Positions 1 through 13,396 of a stretch of 64,000 nucleotides of DNA are shown here, in pieces. The translations under genes and the position numbers were made by a program. Source of the DNA: the human T2T-CHM13v2.0 reference genome, Homo sapiens; NCBI RefSeq assembly GCF_009914755.1, contig NC_060933.1; one strand, 5' to 3'. Every line of letters starts with the position of its first letter. The first letter of the stretch is position 1. A model generated the notes under the pieces. The model worked only from the letters and a program-made list of their open reading frames with translations. It was not told where the DNA came from and did no database searches.

Positions 1-272
1 ATGCAATGGAATGGAATCATCCGTAATGGAATGGAAAGGAATGGAATGGAATGGAATGGAATGGAATGGAATCAACTCGATTGCAATCGAATGGAATGGA
101 ATGGAATTAACCCGAATAGAATGGAATGGAATGGAATGGAACGGAACGGAATGGAATGGAATGGAATGGAATGGAATGGAACGGAAAGGAAGGGAATGGA
201 ATGGAATAGAATGCAATGGAATGGAATCAACGCGAGTGCAGGGGAATGGAATGGAATGGAATGCAATGGAAT

Positions 273-287
273 GGAATCTTCCGGAAT
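273..287. promoter_or_regulatory. Perfect canonical heat-shock element (nGAAn-nTTCn-nGAAn), representative of ~34 copies in the window
   Basis: The sequence GGAAT-CTTCC-GGAAT matches the HSF1 three-pentamer inverted consensus exactly. Function here is inferred, not shown. Confidence 0.55.
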
Positions 288-1170
288 GGAATGGAATGGA
301 ATGGAATGGAATGGAATGGAATGGAATCAACCCTAGTGCAATGGAATGGAGTGGAATGGAATGGAATGGAATGGAACAACCCGAATGGAATGGAATGTAA
401 TGGAGAGTAAGGGAGTTGAATAGAATCAATCCGAATGTAATGGAATGGAATGGAACGGAATGGAATTGAATGGAATGGAATGGAATGCAATGGAATGGAA
501 TCAACCCGAGTGCAATGGAATGGAGAGGAATGGAATGGAATGGAATGGAAACTACCCGAATGGAATGGAATGTAATGGAGTGTAAGGGAATTGAATAGAA
601 TCAATCCGAATGTAATGGAATGGAATGGAACGGAATGGAATGGAATGGAATGGAATGGAATGGAATGGAATGGAATGCAATGGAATGGAATCAACCCGAG
701 TGCAATCGAATGGAATCGAATGGAATGGAATGCAATGGAATGGATTCAACTTGAGTGGAATGGAAAGAATGGAATCAACACGAGTGGAATGGCATGGATT
801 GGAATGGAATGGAATGGAATCAACCCGAGTACAGGGGAATGGAATGGAATGGAATGCAATGGAATGGAATCATCCGTAATGGAATGGAAAGGAATGGAAT
901 GGAATGGAATGGAATGGAATGGAATGGAATCAACTCGATTGCAATCGAATGGAATGGAATGGAATTAACCCGAATAGAATGGAATGGAATGCAATGGAAC
1001 GGAACGGAATGGAATGGAATGGAATGGAACGGAACGGAATGGAATGGAATGGAATGGAATGGAATCAACGCGAGTGCAGGGGAATGGAATGGAATGGAAT
1101 GCAATGGAATGGAAACTTCCGGAATGGAATGGAATGGAATGGAATGGAATGGAATGGAATGGAGTGGAAT

Positions 1171-2160
1171 CAACCCGACTGCAGGGGAATGGAATGGAAT
1201 GGAATGGAATGGAATCATCCGGAACGGAATGGAATGTAATGGAATGGAATCAAATCGATTGCAATGGAATGGAATGGAATGGAATGGAATCGAATGGAAT
1301 GGAGTGGAATTAACCGGAATAGAATGGAATGGAATGGAATGGAACGGAATGAAATGGAATGGAATGGAATGGAATGGAATGGAATCAACCCGAGTGCAGG
1401 GGAATGGAATGGAATGGAATGCAATGGAATGGAATCATCCGGAATGGAATGGAATTTAATGGAATGCAATCAACCTGATGCAATTGAATGGAGTGGAATG
1501 GAATGGAATGGAATGGAAACATCCCGAATGGAATGGAATGTAATGGAGTGTAAGGGAATTGAATAGAATCAATCCGAATGTAATGGAATGGAATGGAATG
1601 AAATGGAATGGAATGGAATAGAATGGAATCAACCCGAGTGCAATGGAATGGATTCGAATGGAATGGAATGGAATGGAATGGATTCAACAAGAATGGAATG
1701 GAAAGGAATGGAATCAACCCGAGTGTAATGGCATGGAATGGAACGGAATGGAATGGGATGGAATGGAATGGTATGGAATAGAATGGAATGGAATGAAATG
1801 GAATAGAATGGAATGGAATGGAATGGAATGGAATGAACCCGTGTGCAATGGAATGGAATGGAATGGAATGGAATGGATTCAACTCGAATGGAATCAACTC
1901 GATTGCAATGGAATGGAATGGAATTGAAAGGAATAGAATGGAATCAACCCGAGTGGAATGGAATGCAAAGGACTGGAATGGAGTGGAATGGAATGGAATG
2001 GAATTAACCCGAATAGAATGAAATGGAACGGAATGGAATGAAATGTAATGGAATGGAATGGAATGGAATCAACCCGAGTGCAGGGGAATGGAATGGAATG
2101 GAATGCAATGGAATGGAATCATCCGGAATGGAATGGAATGGAATGGAATGGAATGGAATG
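1171..2160 (+). repeat. ~1 kb segment repeated at ~6921-7920 (offset 5761)
   Basis: CAACCTGATGC at 1471/7232; AAACATCCCG, GATTCAACAAG and GAACCCGTGTGC are also shared. ORF pairs 1215/6976, 1385/7146 and 1818/7579 all have offset 5761. Confidence 0.9.
1514..1524 (+). promoter_or_regulatory. NFAT5/TonEBP consensus match TGGAAACATCC (also ~7275 and ~26021; TGGAAACTTCC at 1110)
   Basis: Matches TGGAAANNYNY. This is a motif match only. Confidence 0.3.
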
Positions 2161-5100
2161 GAATCAACCCGACTGCAGGGGAATGGAATGGAATGGAATG
2201 CAATGGAATGGATTCAACTTGAATGGAATGGAAAGAATGGAATCAACACGAGTGGAATGGCATGGATTGGAATGGAATGGAATGGAATCAACCCGAGTAC
2301 AGGGGAATGGAATGCAATGGAATGAAATGGAATGGAATCATCCGTAATGTAATGGAAAGGAATGGAATGGAATGGAATGGAATCAACTCTATTGCAATCG
2401 AATGGAATGGAATGGAATTAACCCGAATAGAATGGAATGGAATGGAATGGAATGGAACGGAACGGAACGGAACGGAATGGAATGGAATGGAATGGAATGG
2501 AATGCAATGCAATGGAATCAACTGATTGCAATGGAATGGAATGGAATGGATTGGAATGGAATGGAATGGAATGGAATGGAATTAACCCGAATAGAATGGA
2601 ATGGAATTAAATGGAACGGAACGGAATGGAATGGAATGGAATGGAATGGAATGGAATGGAATGCAATGGAATGGAATCAACCCGACTGCAGGGGAATGGA
2701 ATGGAATGGATTGCAATGGAATGGATTCAACTTGAATGGAATGGAAAGAATGGAATCAACACGAGTGGAATGGCATGGATTGGAATGGAATGGAATGGAA
2801 TCAACCCGAGTACAGGGGAATGGAATGGAATGGAATGCAATGGAATGGAATCATCCGTAATGGAATGGAAAGGAATGGAATGGAATGGAATGGAATGGAA
2901 TGGAATGGAATCAACTCGATTGCAATCGAATGGAATGGAATGGAATTAACCCGAATAGAATGGAATGGAATGGAATGGAACGGAAAGGAATGGAATGGAA
3001 CGGAATGGAATGGAATGGAATGGAATGGAATCAACGCGAGTGCAGGGGAATGGAATGGAATGGAATGCAATGGAATGGAATCTTCCAGAATGGAATGGAA
3101 TGGAATGGAATGGAATCAACCCGAGTGCAATGGAATGGAGTGGAATGGAATGGAATGGAATGGAACAACCCGAATGGAATGGAATGTAATGGAGGGTAAA
3201 GGAGTTGAATAGAATCATTCCGAATGTAATGGAATGGAATGGAACGGAATGGAATTGGACAGAATGGAATGGAATGCAATGGAATGGAATCAAACCGAGT
3301 GCAATGGAATGGAGACGAATGGAATGGAATGGAATGCAAACTACCCGAATGGAATGGAATGTAATGGAGTGTAAGGGAATTGAATAGAATCAATCCGAAT
3401 GTAATGGAATGGAATGGAACGGAATGGAATGGAATGGAATGGAACGGAATGCAATCAACCCGAGTGCAATCGAATGGAATCGAATGGAATGCAATGCAAT
3501 GGAATGGATTCAACTTGAATGGAATGGAAAGAATGCAATCAACACGAGTGGAATGGCATGGATTGGAATGGAATGGAATGGAATCAACCCGAGTACAGGG
3601 GAATGGAATGGAATGGAATGCAATGGAATGGAATCATCCGTAATGGAATGGAAAGGAATGGAATGGAATGGAATGGAATGGAATGGAATGGAATCAACTC
3701 GATTGCAATCGAATGGAAAGGAATGGAATTAACCCGAATAGAATGGAATGGAATGGAATGGAACGGAACGGAATGGAATGGAATGGAATGGAATGGAAAG
3801 GAATGGAATGGAATGGAATGGAATGGAATGGATTCAACGCGAGTGCAGGGGAATGGAATGGAATGGAATGCAATGGAATGGAATCTTCCGGAATGGAATG
3901 GAATGGAATGGAATGGAATGGAATGGAATAAACCCGAGTGCAATGGAATGGAGTGGAATGGAATGGAATGGAATGGAACAACCCGAATGGAATGGAATGT
4001 AATGGAGAGTAAGGGAGTTGAATAGAATCAATCCGAATGTAATGGAATGGAATGCAACGGAATGGAATGGAATGGAATGGAATGGAATGCAATGGAATGG
4101 AATCAACCCGAGTACAATGGAATGGAATGGAATGGAATGGAATGGAATGGAATGGAATGGAATGATACGGAATAGAATGGAATGGAACGAAATGGAATGG
4201 AATGGAAAGGAATGGAATGGAATGGAATGGAATCGTTCCGGGTGGAATAGGAGGGAATGTATTCGAGTGGAATGGAAAGGAATGGAATCAACCAGAGTGG
4301 AATGGAAGGGAATGGAATGGAATGGAAACTAATAGAATGGAATGAACCCGAGTGGCATGGAATGGAAAGGACTGGAATGGAATGGAATGGAATGGAATCA
4401 ACTCGTTTGTAATGGAATGGAATGGAATGGAATGGAATGGAATTAACCCGAATACAATGGAAGGGAATGGAATGGAATGGAAACTAATAGAATGGAATCA
4501 ACCCGAGTGGAATGGAATGGAAAGGACTGGAATGGAATGGAATGCAATGGAATCAACTCGATTGTAATGGAATGGAATGGAATGGAATGGAATTAACCCG
4601 AATACAATGGAATGGAATGGAATGGAATGGAATGGAATGGAATGGAGTGGAATGGAATGGAATCAACCCGACTGCAGGGGAATGGAATGGAATGGAATGC
4701 AATGGAATGGAATCATCCGGAATGGAATCGAATGGAATGGAATGCAAAGCAATGGAATCAACTCGATTGCAATGGAATGGAATGGAATGGAAAGGAATAC
4801 ATTGGAATCAACCCGAGTGGAATGGAATGGAAAGGACTGGAATGGAGTGGAATGGAATGGAATGCAATGGAATGGAATGGAATGGAATCAACTTGATTGG
4901 AATGGAATGGAATGGAATGGAATGGAATGGAATGGAATGGAATCAACCCGACTGCAGGGGAATGGAATGGAATGGAATGCAATGGAATGGATTCAACTTG
5001 AATGGAATGGAAAGAATGGAATCAACACGAGTGGAATGGCATGGATTGGAATGGAATGGAATGGAATCAACCCGAGTACAGGGGAATGGAATGGAATGGA

Positions 5101-6920
5101 ATGCAATGGAATGGAATCATCCATAATGGAATGGAAAGGAATGCAATGGAATAGAATGGAATGGAATGGAATGGAATCAACTCGATTGCAATCGAATGGA
5201 ATGGAATGGAAGTAACCCGAATAGAATGGAATGGAATGGAATGGAACGGAACGGAATGGAATGGAATGGAATGGAACGGAACGGAATGGAATGGAATGGA
5301 ATGGAATGGAATCAACGCGAGTGCAGGGGAATGGAATGGAAGGGAATGCAATGGAATGGAAACTTTCGGAATGGAATGGAATGGAATGGAATGGAATCAA
5401 ATGCAATGGATTCAACTCGATTGCAATGGAATGGAATAGAATGGAATGGAATGGAATGGAATGGAATTAATCCGAATAGAATGGAATGGAATGGAATGGA
5501 ACGGAATGGAACGGAATGGAATGGAATGGAATGGAATGGAATGGTATGGAATGGAATGGAATGGTACGGAATAGAATGGAATGGAACGAATTGTAATGGA
5601 ATGGAATTGAATTGAATGGAATGGAATGGAATGGAATGGAATCAACGCGAGTGCAGGGGAATGTAATGGAACGGAATGCAATGGAATGGAATCATCCGGA
5701 ATGGAATGGAATGGAATGGAATGGAATCAACACGAGTGCAATGGAATGGAGTGGAATGGAATGGAATGGAATGGAACAACCCGAATGGAATGGAATGTAA
5801 TGGAGAGTAAGGGAGTTGAATAGAATCAATCCGAATGTAATGGAATGGAATGCAACGGAATGGAATGGAATGGAATGGAATGGAATGCAATGGAATGGAA
5901 TCAACCCGAGTACAATGGAATGGAATGGAATGGAATGGAATGGAATGGAATGGAATGGATTGCAATGGAATGGAATCAACCCGAGTACAATGGAATGGAA
6001 TGGAATGGAATGGAATGGAATGGAATGGAATGATACGGAATAGAATGGAATGGAACGAAATGGAATGGAATGGAATGGAATGGAATGGAATGGAATGGAA
6101 TGGAATGGAATGGAATGGAATCGTTCCGAGTGGAATAGGAGGGAATGTATTCGAGTGGAATGGAAAGGAATGGAATCAACCAGAGTGGAATGGAAGGGAA
6201 TGGAATGGAATGGAAACTAATAGAATGGAATCAACCCGAGTGGAATAGAATGGAAAGGACTGGAATGGAATGGAATGGAATGGAATCAACTCGTTTGTAA
6301 TGGAATGGAATGGAAAGGAATGGAATGGAATGGAATGTAATTAACCCGAATACAATGGAAGGGAATGGAATGGAATGGAAACTAATAGAATGGAATCAAC
6401 CCGAGTGGAATGGAATGGAAAGGGCTGGAATGGAATGGAATGGAATGGAATCAACTCGATTGTAATGGAATGGAATGGAATGCAATGGAATGGAATGGAA
6501 TGGAATTAACCCGAATACAATGGAATGGAATGGAATGGAATGGAATGGAGTGGGATGGAATGGAATCAACCCGAGTGCAGGGGAATGGAATGGAATGGAA
6601 TGCAATGGAATGGAATCATCCGGAATGGAATGGAATGGAATGGAATGCAAAGCAATGGAATCAACTCGATTGCAATGGAATGGAATGGAATGGAAAGGAA
6701 TAGAATGGAATCAACCCGAGTGTAATGGAATGGAAAGGACTGGAATGGAGTGGAATGGAATAGAATGGAATGGAATGGAATCAACTCGATTGTAATGGAA
6801 TGGAATGGAATGGAATGGAATGGAATTAACCCGAATAGAATGGAATGGAATGGAATGGAACGGAATGGAATGGAATGGAATGGAATGGAATGGAATGGAA
6901 TGGAATGGAATGGAATGGAA

Positions 6921-7920
6921 TCAACCCGACTGCAGGGGAATGGAATTGAATGGAATGGAATGGAATGGAATGGAATCATCCGGAACGGAATGGAATGGAA
7001 TGGAATGGAATCAAATCGATTGCAATGGAATGGAATGGAATGGAATGGAATCGAATGGAATGGAGTGGAATTAACCAGAATAGAATGGAATGGAATGGAA
7101 TGGAACGGAATGAAATGGAATGGAATGGAATGGAATGGAATGGAATCAACCCGAGTGCAGGGGAATGGAATGGAATGGAATGCAATGGAATGGAATCATC
7201 CGGAATGGAATGGAATGGAATGGAATGCAATCAACCTGATGCAATGGAATGGAGTGGAATGGAATGGAATGGAATGGAAACATCCCGAATGGAATGGAAT
7301 GTAATGGAGTGTAAGGGAATTGAATAGAATCAATCCGAATGTAATGGAATGGAATGGAATGAAATGGAATGGAATGGAATGGAATGGAATCAACCCGAGT
7401 GCAATGGAATGGATTCGAATGGAATGGAATGGAATGGAATGGATTCAACAAGAATGGAATGGAAAGGAATGGAATCAACCCGAGTGTAATGGCATGGAAT
7501 GGAACGGAATGGAATGGGATGGAATGGAATGGTATGGAATAGAACGGAATGGAATGAAATGGAATAGAATGGAATGGAATGGAATGGAATGGAATGAACC
7601 CGTGTGCAATGGAATGGAATGGAATGGAATGGAATGGATTCAACTCGAATGGAATCAACTCGATTGCAATGGAATGGAATGGAATTGAAAGGAATAGAAT
7701 GGAATCAACCCGAGTGGAATGGAATGGAAAGGACTGGAATGGAGTGGAATGGAATGGAATGGAATTAACCCGAATAGAATGAAATGGAACGGAATGGAAT
7801 GGAATGTAATGGAATGGAATGGAATGGAATCAACCCGAGTGCAGGGGAATGGAATGGAATGGAATGCAATGGAATGGAATCATCCGGAATGGAATGGAAT
7901 GGAATGGAATGGAATGGAAT
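6921..7920 (+). repeat. Second copy of the ~1 kb segment at 1171-2160
   Basis: Same rare words at a constant offset of 5761 (e.g. CAAATCGATTGC, CAACCTGATGC, GATTCAACAAG). Confidence 0.9.
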
Positions 7921-10900
7921 GGAATCAACTCGATTTCAATGGAAATGGAATGGAATAGAATGGAATGGAATTAACACGAATAGAATGGAATGGAATGGAA
8001 TTGAATGGAACAGAAAGGAATGGAATGGAATGGAATGGAATCAACCCAAGTGCAGGGGAATGGAATGGAATGGAATTCAATGGAATGTAATCATCCGGAA
8101 TGGAATGGAATGGAATGGAATGGAATGGAATGGAATCAACCTGAGTGCAATGGAATGGAGAGGAATGGAATGGAATGGAATGGAATGGAAACTACACGAA
8201 TCGAATGGAATGTAATGGAGTGTAAGGGAATTGAATAGAATGAATCCGAATGGAATGGAATGGAAAGGAATGGAATGGAATGGAATGGAATGCAATGCCA
8301 TGGAATCAACCCGAGTGCAATCGAATGGAATCGAATGGAATGGAATGCAATGGAATGGATTCAACTTGAATGGAATGGAAAGAATGGAATCAACACGAGT
8401 GGAATGGCATGGATTGGAATGGAATGGAATGGAATCAACCCGAGTACAGGGGAATGGAATGGAATGGAATGAAATGGAATGGAATCATCCGTAATGTAAT
8501 GGAAAGGAATGGAATGGAATGGAATGGAATGGAATCAACTCTCTTGCAATCGAATGGAATGGAATGGAATTAACCCGAATAGAATGGAATGGAATGGAAT
8601 GGAATGGAATGGAACGGAACGGAACGGAACGGAATGGAATGGAATGGAATGGAATGGAATGGAATGGAATGGAATGCAATGGAATCAACTGATTGCAATG
8701 GAATGGAATGGAATGGAATGGAATGGAATGGAATGGAATTAACCCGAATAGAATGGAATGGAATTAAATGGAACGGAACGGAATGGAATGGAATGGAATG
8801 GAATGGAATGGAATGGAATGGAATCAACCCGACTGCAGGGGAATGGAATGGAATGGATTGCAATGGAATGGATTCAACTTGAATGGAATGGAAAGAATGG
8901 AATCAACACGAGTGGAATGGCATGGATTGGAATGGAATGGAATGGAATCAACCCGAGTACAGGGGAATGGAATGGAATGGAATGCAATGGAATGGAATCA
9001 TCCGTAATGGAATGGAAAGGAATGGAATGGAATGGAATGGAATGGAATGGAATCCACTCGATTGAAATCGAATGGAATGGAATGGAATTAACCCAAATAG
9101 AATGGAATGGAATGGAATGGAACGGAACGGAACGGAATGGAATGGAATGGAATGGAATGGAATGGAACGGAAAGGAATGGAATGGAACGGAATGGAATGG
9201 AATGGAATGGAATGGAATCAACGCGAGTGCAGGGGAATGGAATGGAATGGAATGCAATGGAATGGAATCTTCCGGAATGGAATGGAATGGAATGGAATGG
9301 AATCAACCCGAGTGCAATGGAATGGAGTGGAAAGGAATGGAATGGAATGGAACAACCCGAATGGAATGGAATGTAATGGAGAGTAAAGGAGTTGAATAGA
9401 ATCATTCCGAATGTAATGGAATGGAATGGAACGGAATGGAATTGAATGGAATGGAATGGAATGCAATGGAATGGAATCAACCCGAGTGCAATGGAATGGA
9501 GAGGAATGGAATGGAATGGAAACTACCCGAATGGAATGGAATGTAATGGAGTGTAAGGGAATTGAATAGAATCAATCCGAATGTAATGGAATGGAATGGA
9601 ACGGAATGGAATGGAATGGAATGGAATGGAATGGAATGGAATCAACCCGAGTGCAATCGAATGGAATCGAATGGAATGCAATGCAATGGAATGGATTCAA
9701 CTTGAATGGAATGGAAAGAATGGAATCAACACGAGTGGAATGGCATGGATTGGAATGGAATGGAATGGAATCAACCCGAGTACAGGGGAATGGAATGGAA
9801 GGGAATGCAATGGAATGGAATCATCCGTAATGGAATGGAAAGGAATGGAATGGAATGGAATCAACTCGATTGCAATCGAATGGAATGGAATGGAATTAAC
9901 CCAAATAGAATGGAATGGAATGGAATGGAACGGAACGGAATGGAATGGAATGGAATGGAATGGAATGGAATGGAATGGAACGGAACGGAACGGAACGGAA
10001 TGGAATGGAATGGAATGGAATGGAAAGGAATCAACGCGAGTGCAGGGGAATGGAATGGAATGGAATGCAATGGAATGGAATCTTCCGGAATGGAATGGAA
10101 TGGAATGGAATGGAATGGAATGGAATCAACCCGAGTGCAATGGAATGGAGTGGAATGGAATGGAATGGAATGGAACAACCCGAATTGAATGGAATGTATT
10201 GGAGAGTAAGGGAGTTGAATAGAATCAATCCGAATGTAATGGAATGGAATAGAACGGAATGGAATTGAATGGAATGGAATGGAATGCATGGAATGGAATC
10301 AACCCGAGTTCAACGGAATGGAGAGGAATGGAATGGAATGGAATGGAAACTACCCGAATGGAATGGAATGGAATGGAGTGTAAGGGAATTGAATAGAATC
10401 AATCCGAATGTAATGGAATGGAATGGAACGGAATGGAATGGAATGGAATGGAATGGAATGGAATGGAATGCAATGGAATGGAATCAACCCGTGTGCAATG
10501 GAATGGAGAGGAATGGAATGGAATGGAATGGAAACTACCCGAATGGAATGGAATGTAATGGAGTGTAAGGAAATTGAATAGAATCAATCCGAATGTAATG
10601 GAATGGAATGGAATGGAATGGAATGGAATGGAATGGAATGGAATGGAATGCAATGGAATGGAATCAACCCGAGTGCAATCGAATGGAATCGAATGGAATG
10701 GAATGCAATGGAATAGATTCAACTTGAATGGAATGGAAAGAATGGAATCAACACGAGTGGAAGGGCATGGATTGGAATGGAATGGAATGGAATCAACCCG
10801 AGTACAGGGGAATGGAATGGAATGGAATGCAATGGAATGGAATCATCCGTAATGGAATGGAAAGGAATGGAATGGAATGGAATGGAATCAACACGATTGC

Positions 10901-13396
10901 AATCGAATGGAATGGAATGGAATTAACCCGAATAGAATGGAATGGAATGGAATGGAACGGAACGGAATGGAATGGAATGGAATGGAATGGAATGGAATGG
11001 AACGGAACGGAATGGAATGGATTGGAATGGAATGGAATGGAATGGAATGGAATCAACGCGAGTGCAGGGGAATGGAATGGAATGGAATGCAATGCAATGG
11101 AATCTTCCGGAATGGAATGGAATGGAATGGAATGGAATGGAATGAAATGCAATGGATTCAACTCGATTGCAATGGAATGGAATAGAATGGAATGGAATGG
11201 AATGGAATGGAATTAACCCGAATAGAATGGAATGGAATGGAATGGAACGGAATGGAATGGAATGGAATGGAATGGAATGGAATGGAATGGAATGGAATGG
11301 TATCGAATGGAATGGAATGGTACGGAATAGAATGGAATGGAACGAATTGTAATGGAATGGAATTGAATGGAATGGAATGGAATGGAATGGAATCAACGCG
11401 AGTGCAGGGGAATGTAATGGAACGGAATGCAATGGAATGGAATCATCCGGAATGGAATGGAATGGAATGGAATCAACCCGAGTGCAATAGAATGGAATGG
11501 AATGGAATGGAATGGAATGGAATGGAATGGAATGGAATGGAATTGAATGGAATGGAATGCCTTCAAACCGAATGGAATGGAAAGCAATGGAATCAACACG
11601 AGTGGAATGGAATGGAATGGAAAGGAATGGAATGGAATGGTACGGAATATAATGGAATGGAACGAAATGGAATGGAATGCAATGGAATGGAATGGAATGG
11701 AATGGAATGGAATGGAATGGAATGGAATGGAATCGTTCCGAGTGGAATAGGAGGGAATGTATTCGAGTGGAATGGAAAGGAATGGAATCAACCAGAGTGG
11801 AATGGAAGGGAATGGAATGGAATGGAAACTAATAGAATGGAATCAACCCGAGTGGAATGGAATGGAAAGGACTGGAATGGAATGGAATGGAATGGAATGG
11901 AATCAACTCAATTGTAATGGAATGGAATGGAATGGAATGGAATGGAATGGAATGGAATGGAATGGAATTAACCCGAATACAATGGAATGGAATGGAATGG
12001 AACAGAATGGAGTTGAATGGAATGGAATCAACCCGAGTGCAGGGGAATGGAAGGGAATGGAATGCAATGGAATGGAATCATCCGGAATGGAATGGAATGG
12101 AATGGAATGCAAAGCAATGGAATCAACTCGATTGCAATGGAATGGAATGGAATGGAAAGGAATACATTGGAATCAACCCGAGTGGAATGGAATGGAAAGG
12201 ACTGGAATGGAGTGGAATGGAATGGAATGGAATGGAAAGGAATCAACTCGATTGGAATGGAATGGAATGGAATGCAATGGAATGGAATGGAATTAACCCA
12301 AATAGAATGGAATGGAATGGAATGGAACGGAACGGAACGGAACGGAACAGAACGGAACGGAACGGAATGGAATGGAATGGAATGGAATGGAATGGAATCA
12401 ACCCGACTGCAGGGGAATGGAATGGAATGGAATGCAATGGAATGGATTCAACCTGAATGGAATGGAAAGAATGGAATCAACACGAGTGGAATGGCATGGA
12501 TTGGAATGGAATGGAATGGAATCAACCCGAGTACAGGGGAATGGAATGGAATGGAATGCAATGGAATGGAATCATCCGTAATGGAATGGAAAGGAATGGA
12601 ATGGAATGGAATGGAATGGAATGGAATGGAATGGAATCAACTCGATTGCAATCGAATGGAATGGAATGGAATTAACCCGAATAGAATGGAATGGAATGGA
12701 ATGGAATGGAATAGAATGGAACGGAACGGAATGGAATGGAATGGAATGGAATGGAATGGAATGGAACGGAAAGGAATGGAATGGAATGGAATGGAATGGA
12801 ATGGAATGGAATGGAATGGAATGGAATGGAATCAACGCGAGTGCAGGGGAATGGAATGGAATGGAATGCAATGGAATGGAATCTTCCGGAATGGAATGGA
12901 ATGGAATGGAATGGAATCAACCCGAGTGCAATGGAATGGAATGGAATGGAATGGAATTAACCGGAATAGAATGGAATGGAATGGAATGGAACGGAATGGA
13001 ATGGAATGGAAGGGAATGGAATCAACACGAGTGTAGGGGAATGGAATGGAATGGAATGCAATGGAATGGAATCATCCGGAATGGAATGGAATGGAATGGA
13101 ATCAACTCCATTGCAATGGAATGGAATGGAATAGAATGGAATGGAATTAACCCGAATAGAATGGAATGCAATAGAATGGAATGCAACGGAACCGAATGGA
13201 GTGGAATGGAATGCAATGGAATGGAATGGAATGGAATGGAATGGAATCAACTCGATGGCAATCGAATGGAATGGAATGGAATTAACCCGAATAGAATGGA
13301 ATGGAATGGAATGGAACGGAACGGAATGGAATGGAATGGAATCGAATGGAATGGAACGGAACGGAATGGAATGGAATGGAATGGAAAGGAATGGAA

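Noticed and set aside
4240-4260. Shine-Dalgarno-like AGGAGG upstream of ATG in module B (ATAGGAGGGAATGTATTCG)
   Set aside because: A coincidental purine-rich variant in eukaryotic satellite DNA. The spacing to the ATG is too short and the downstream ORF is just repeat.
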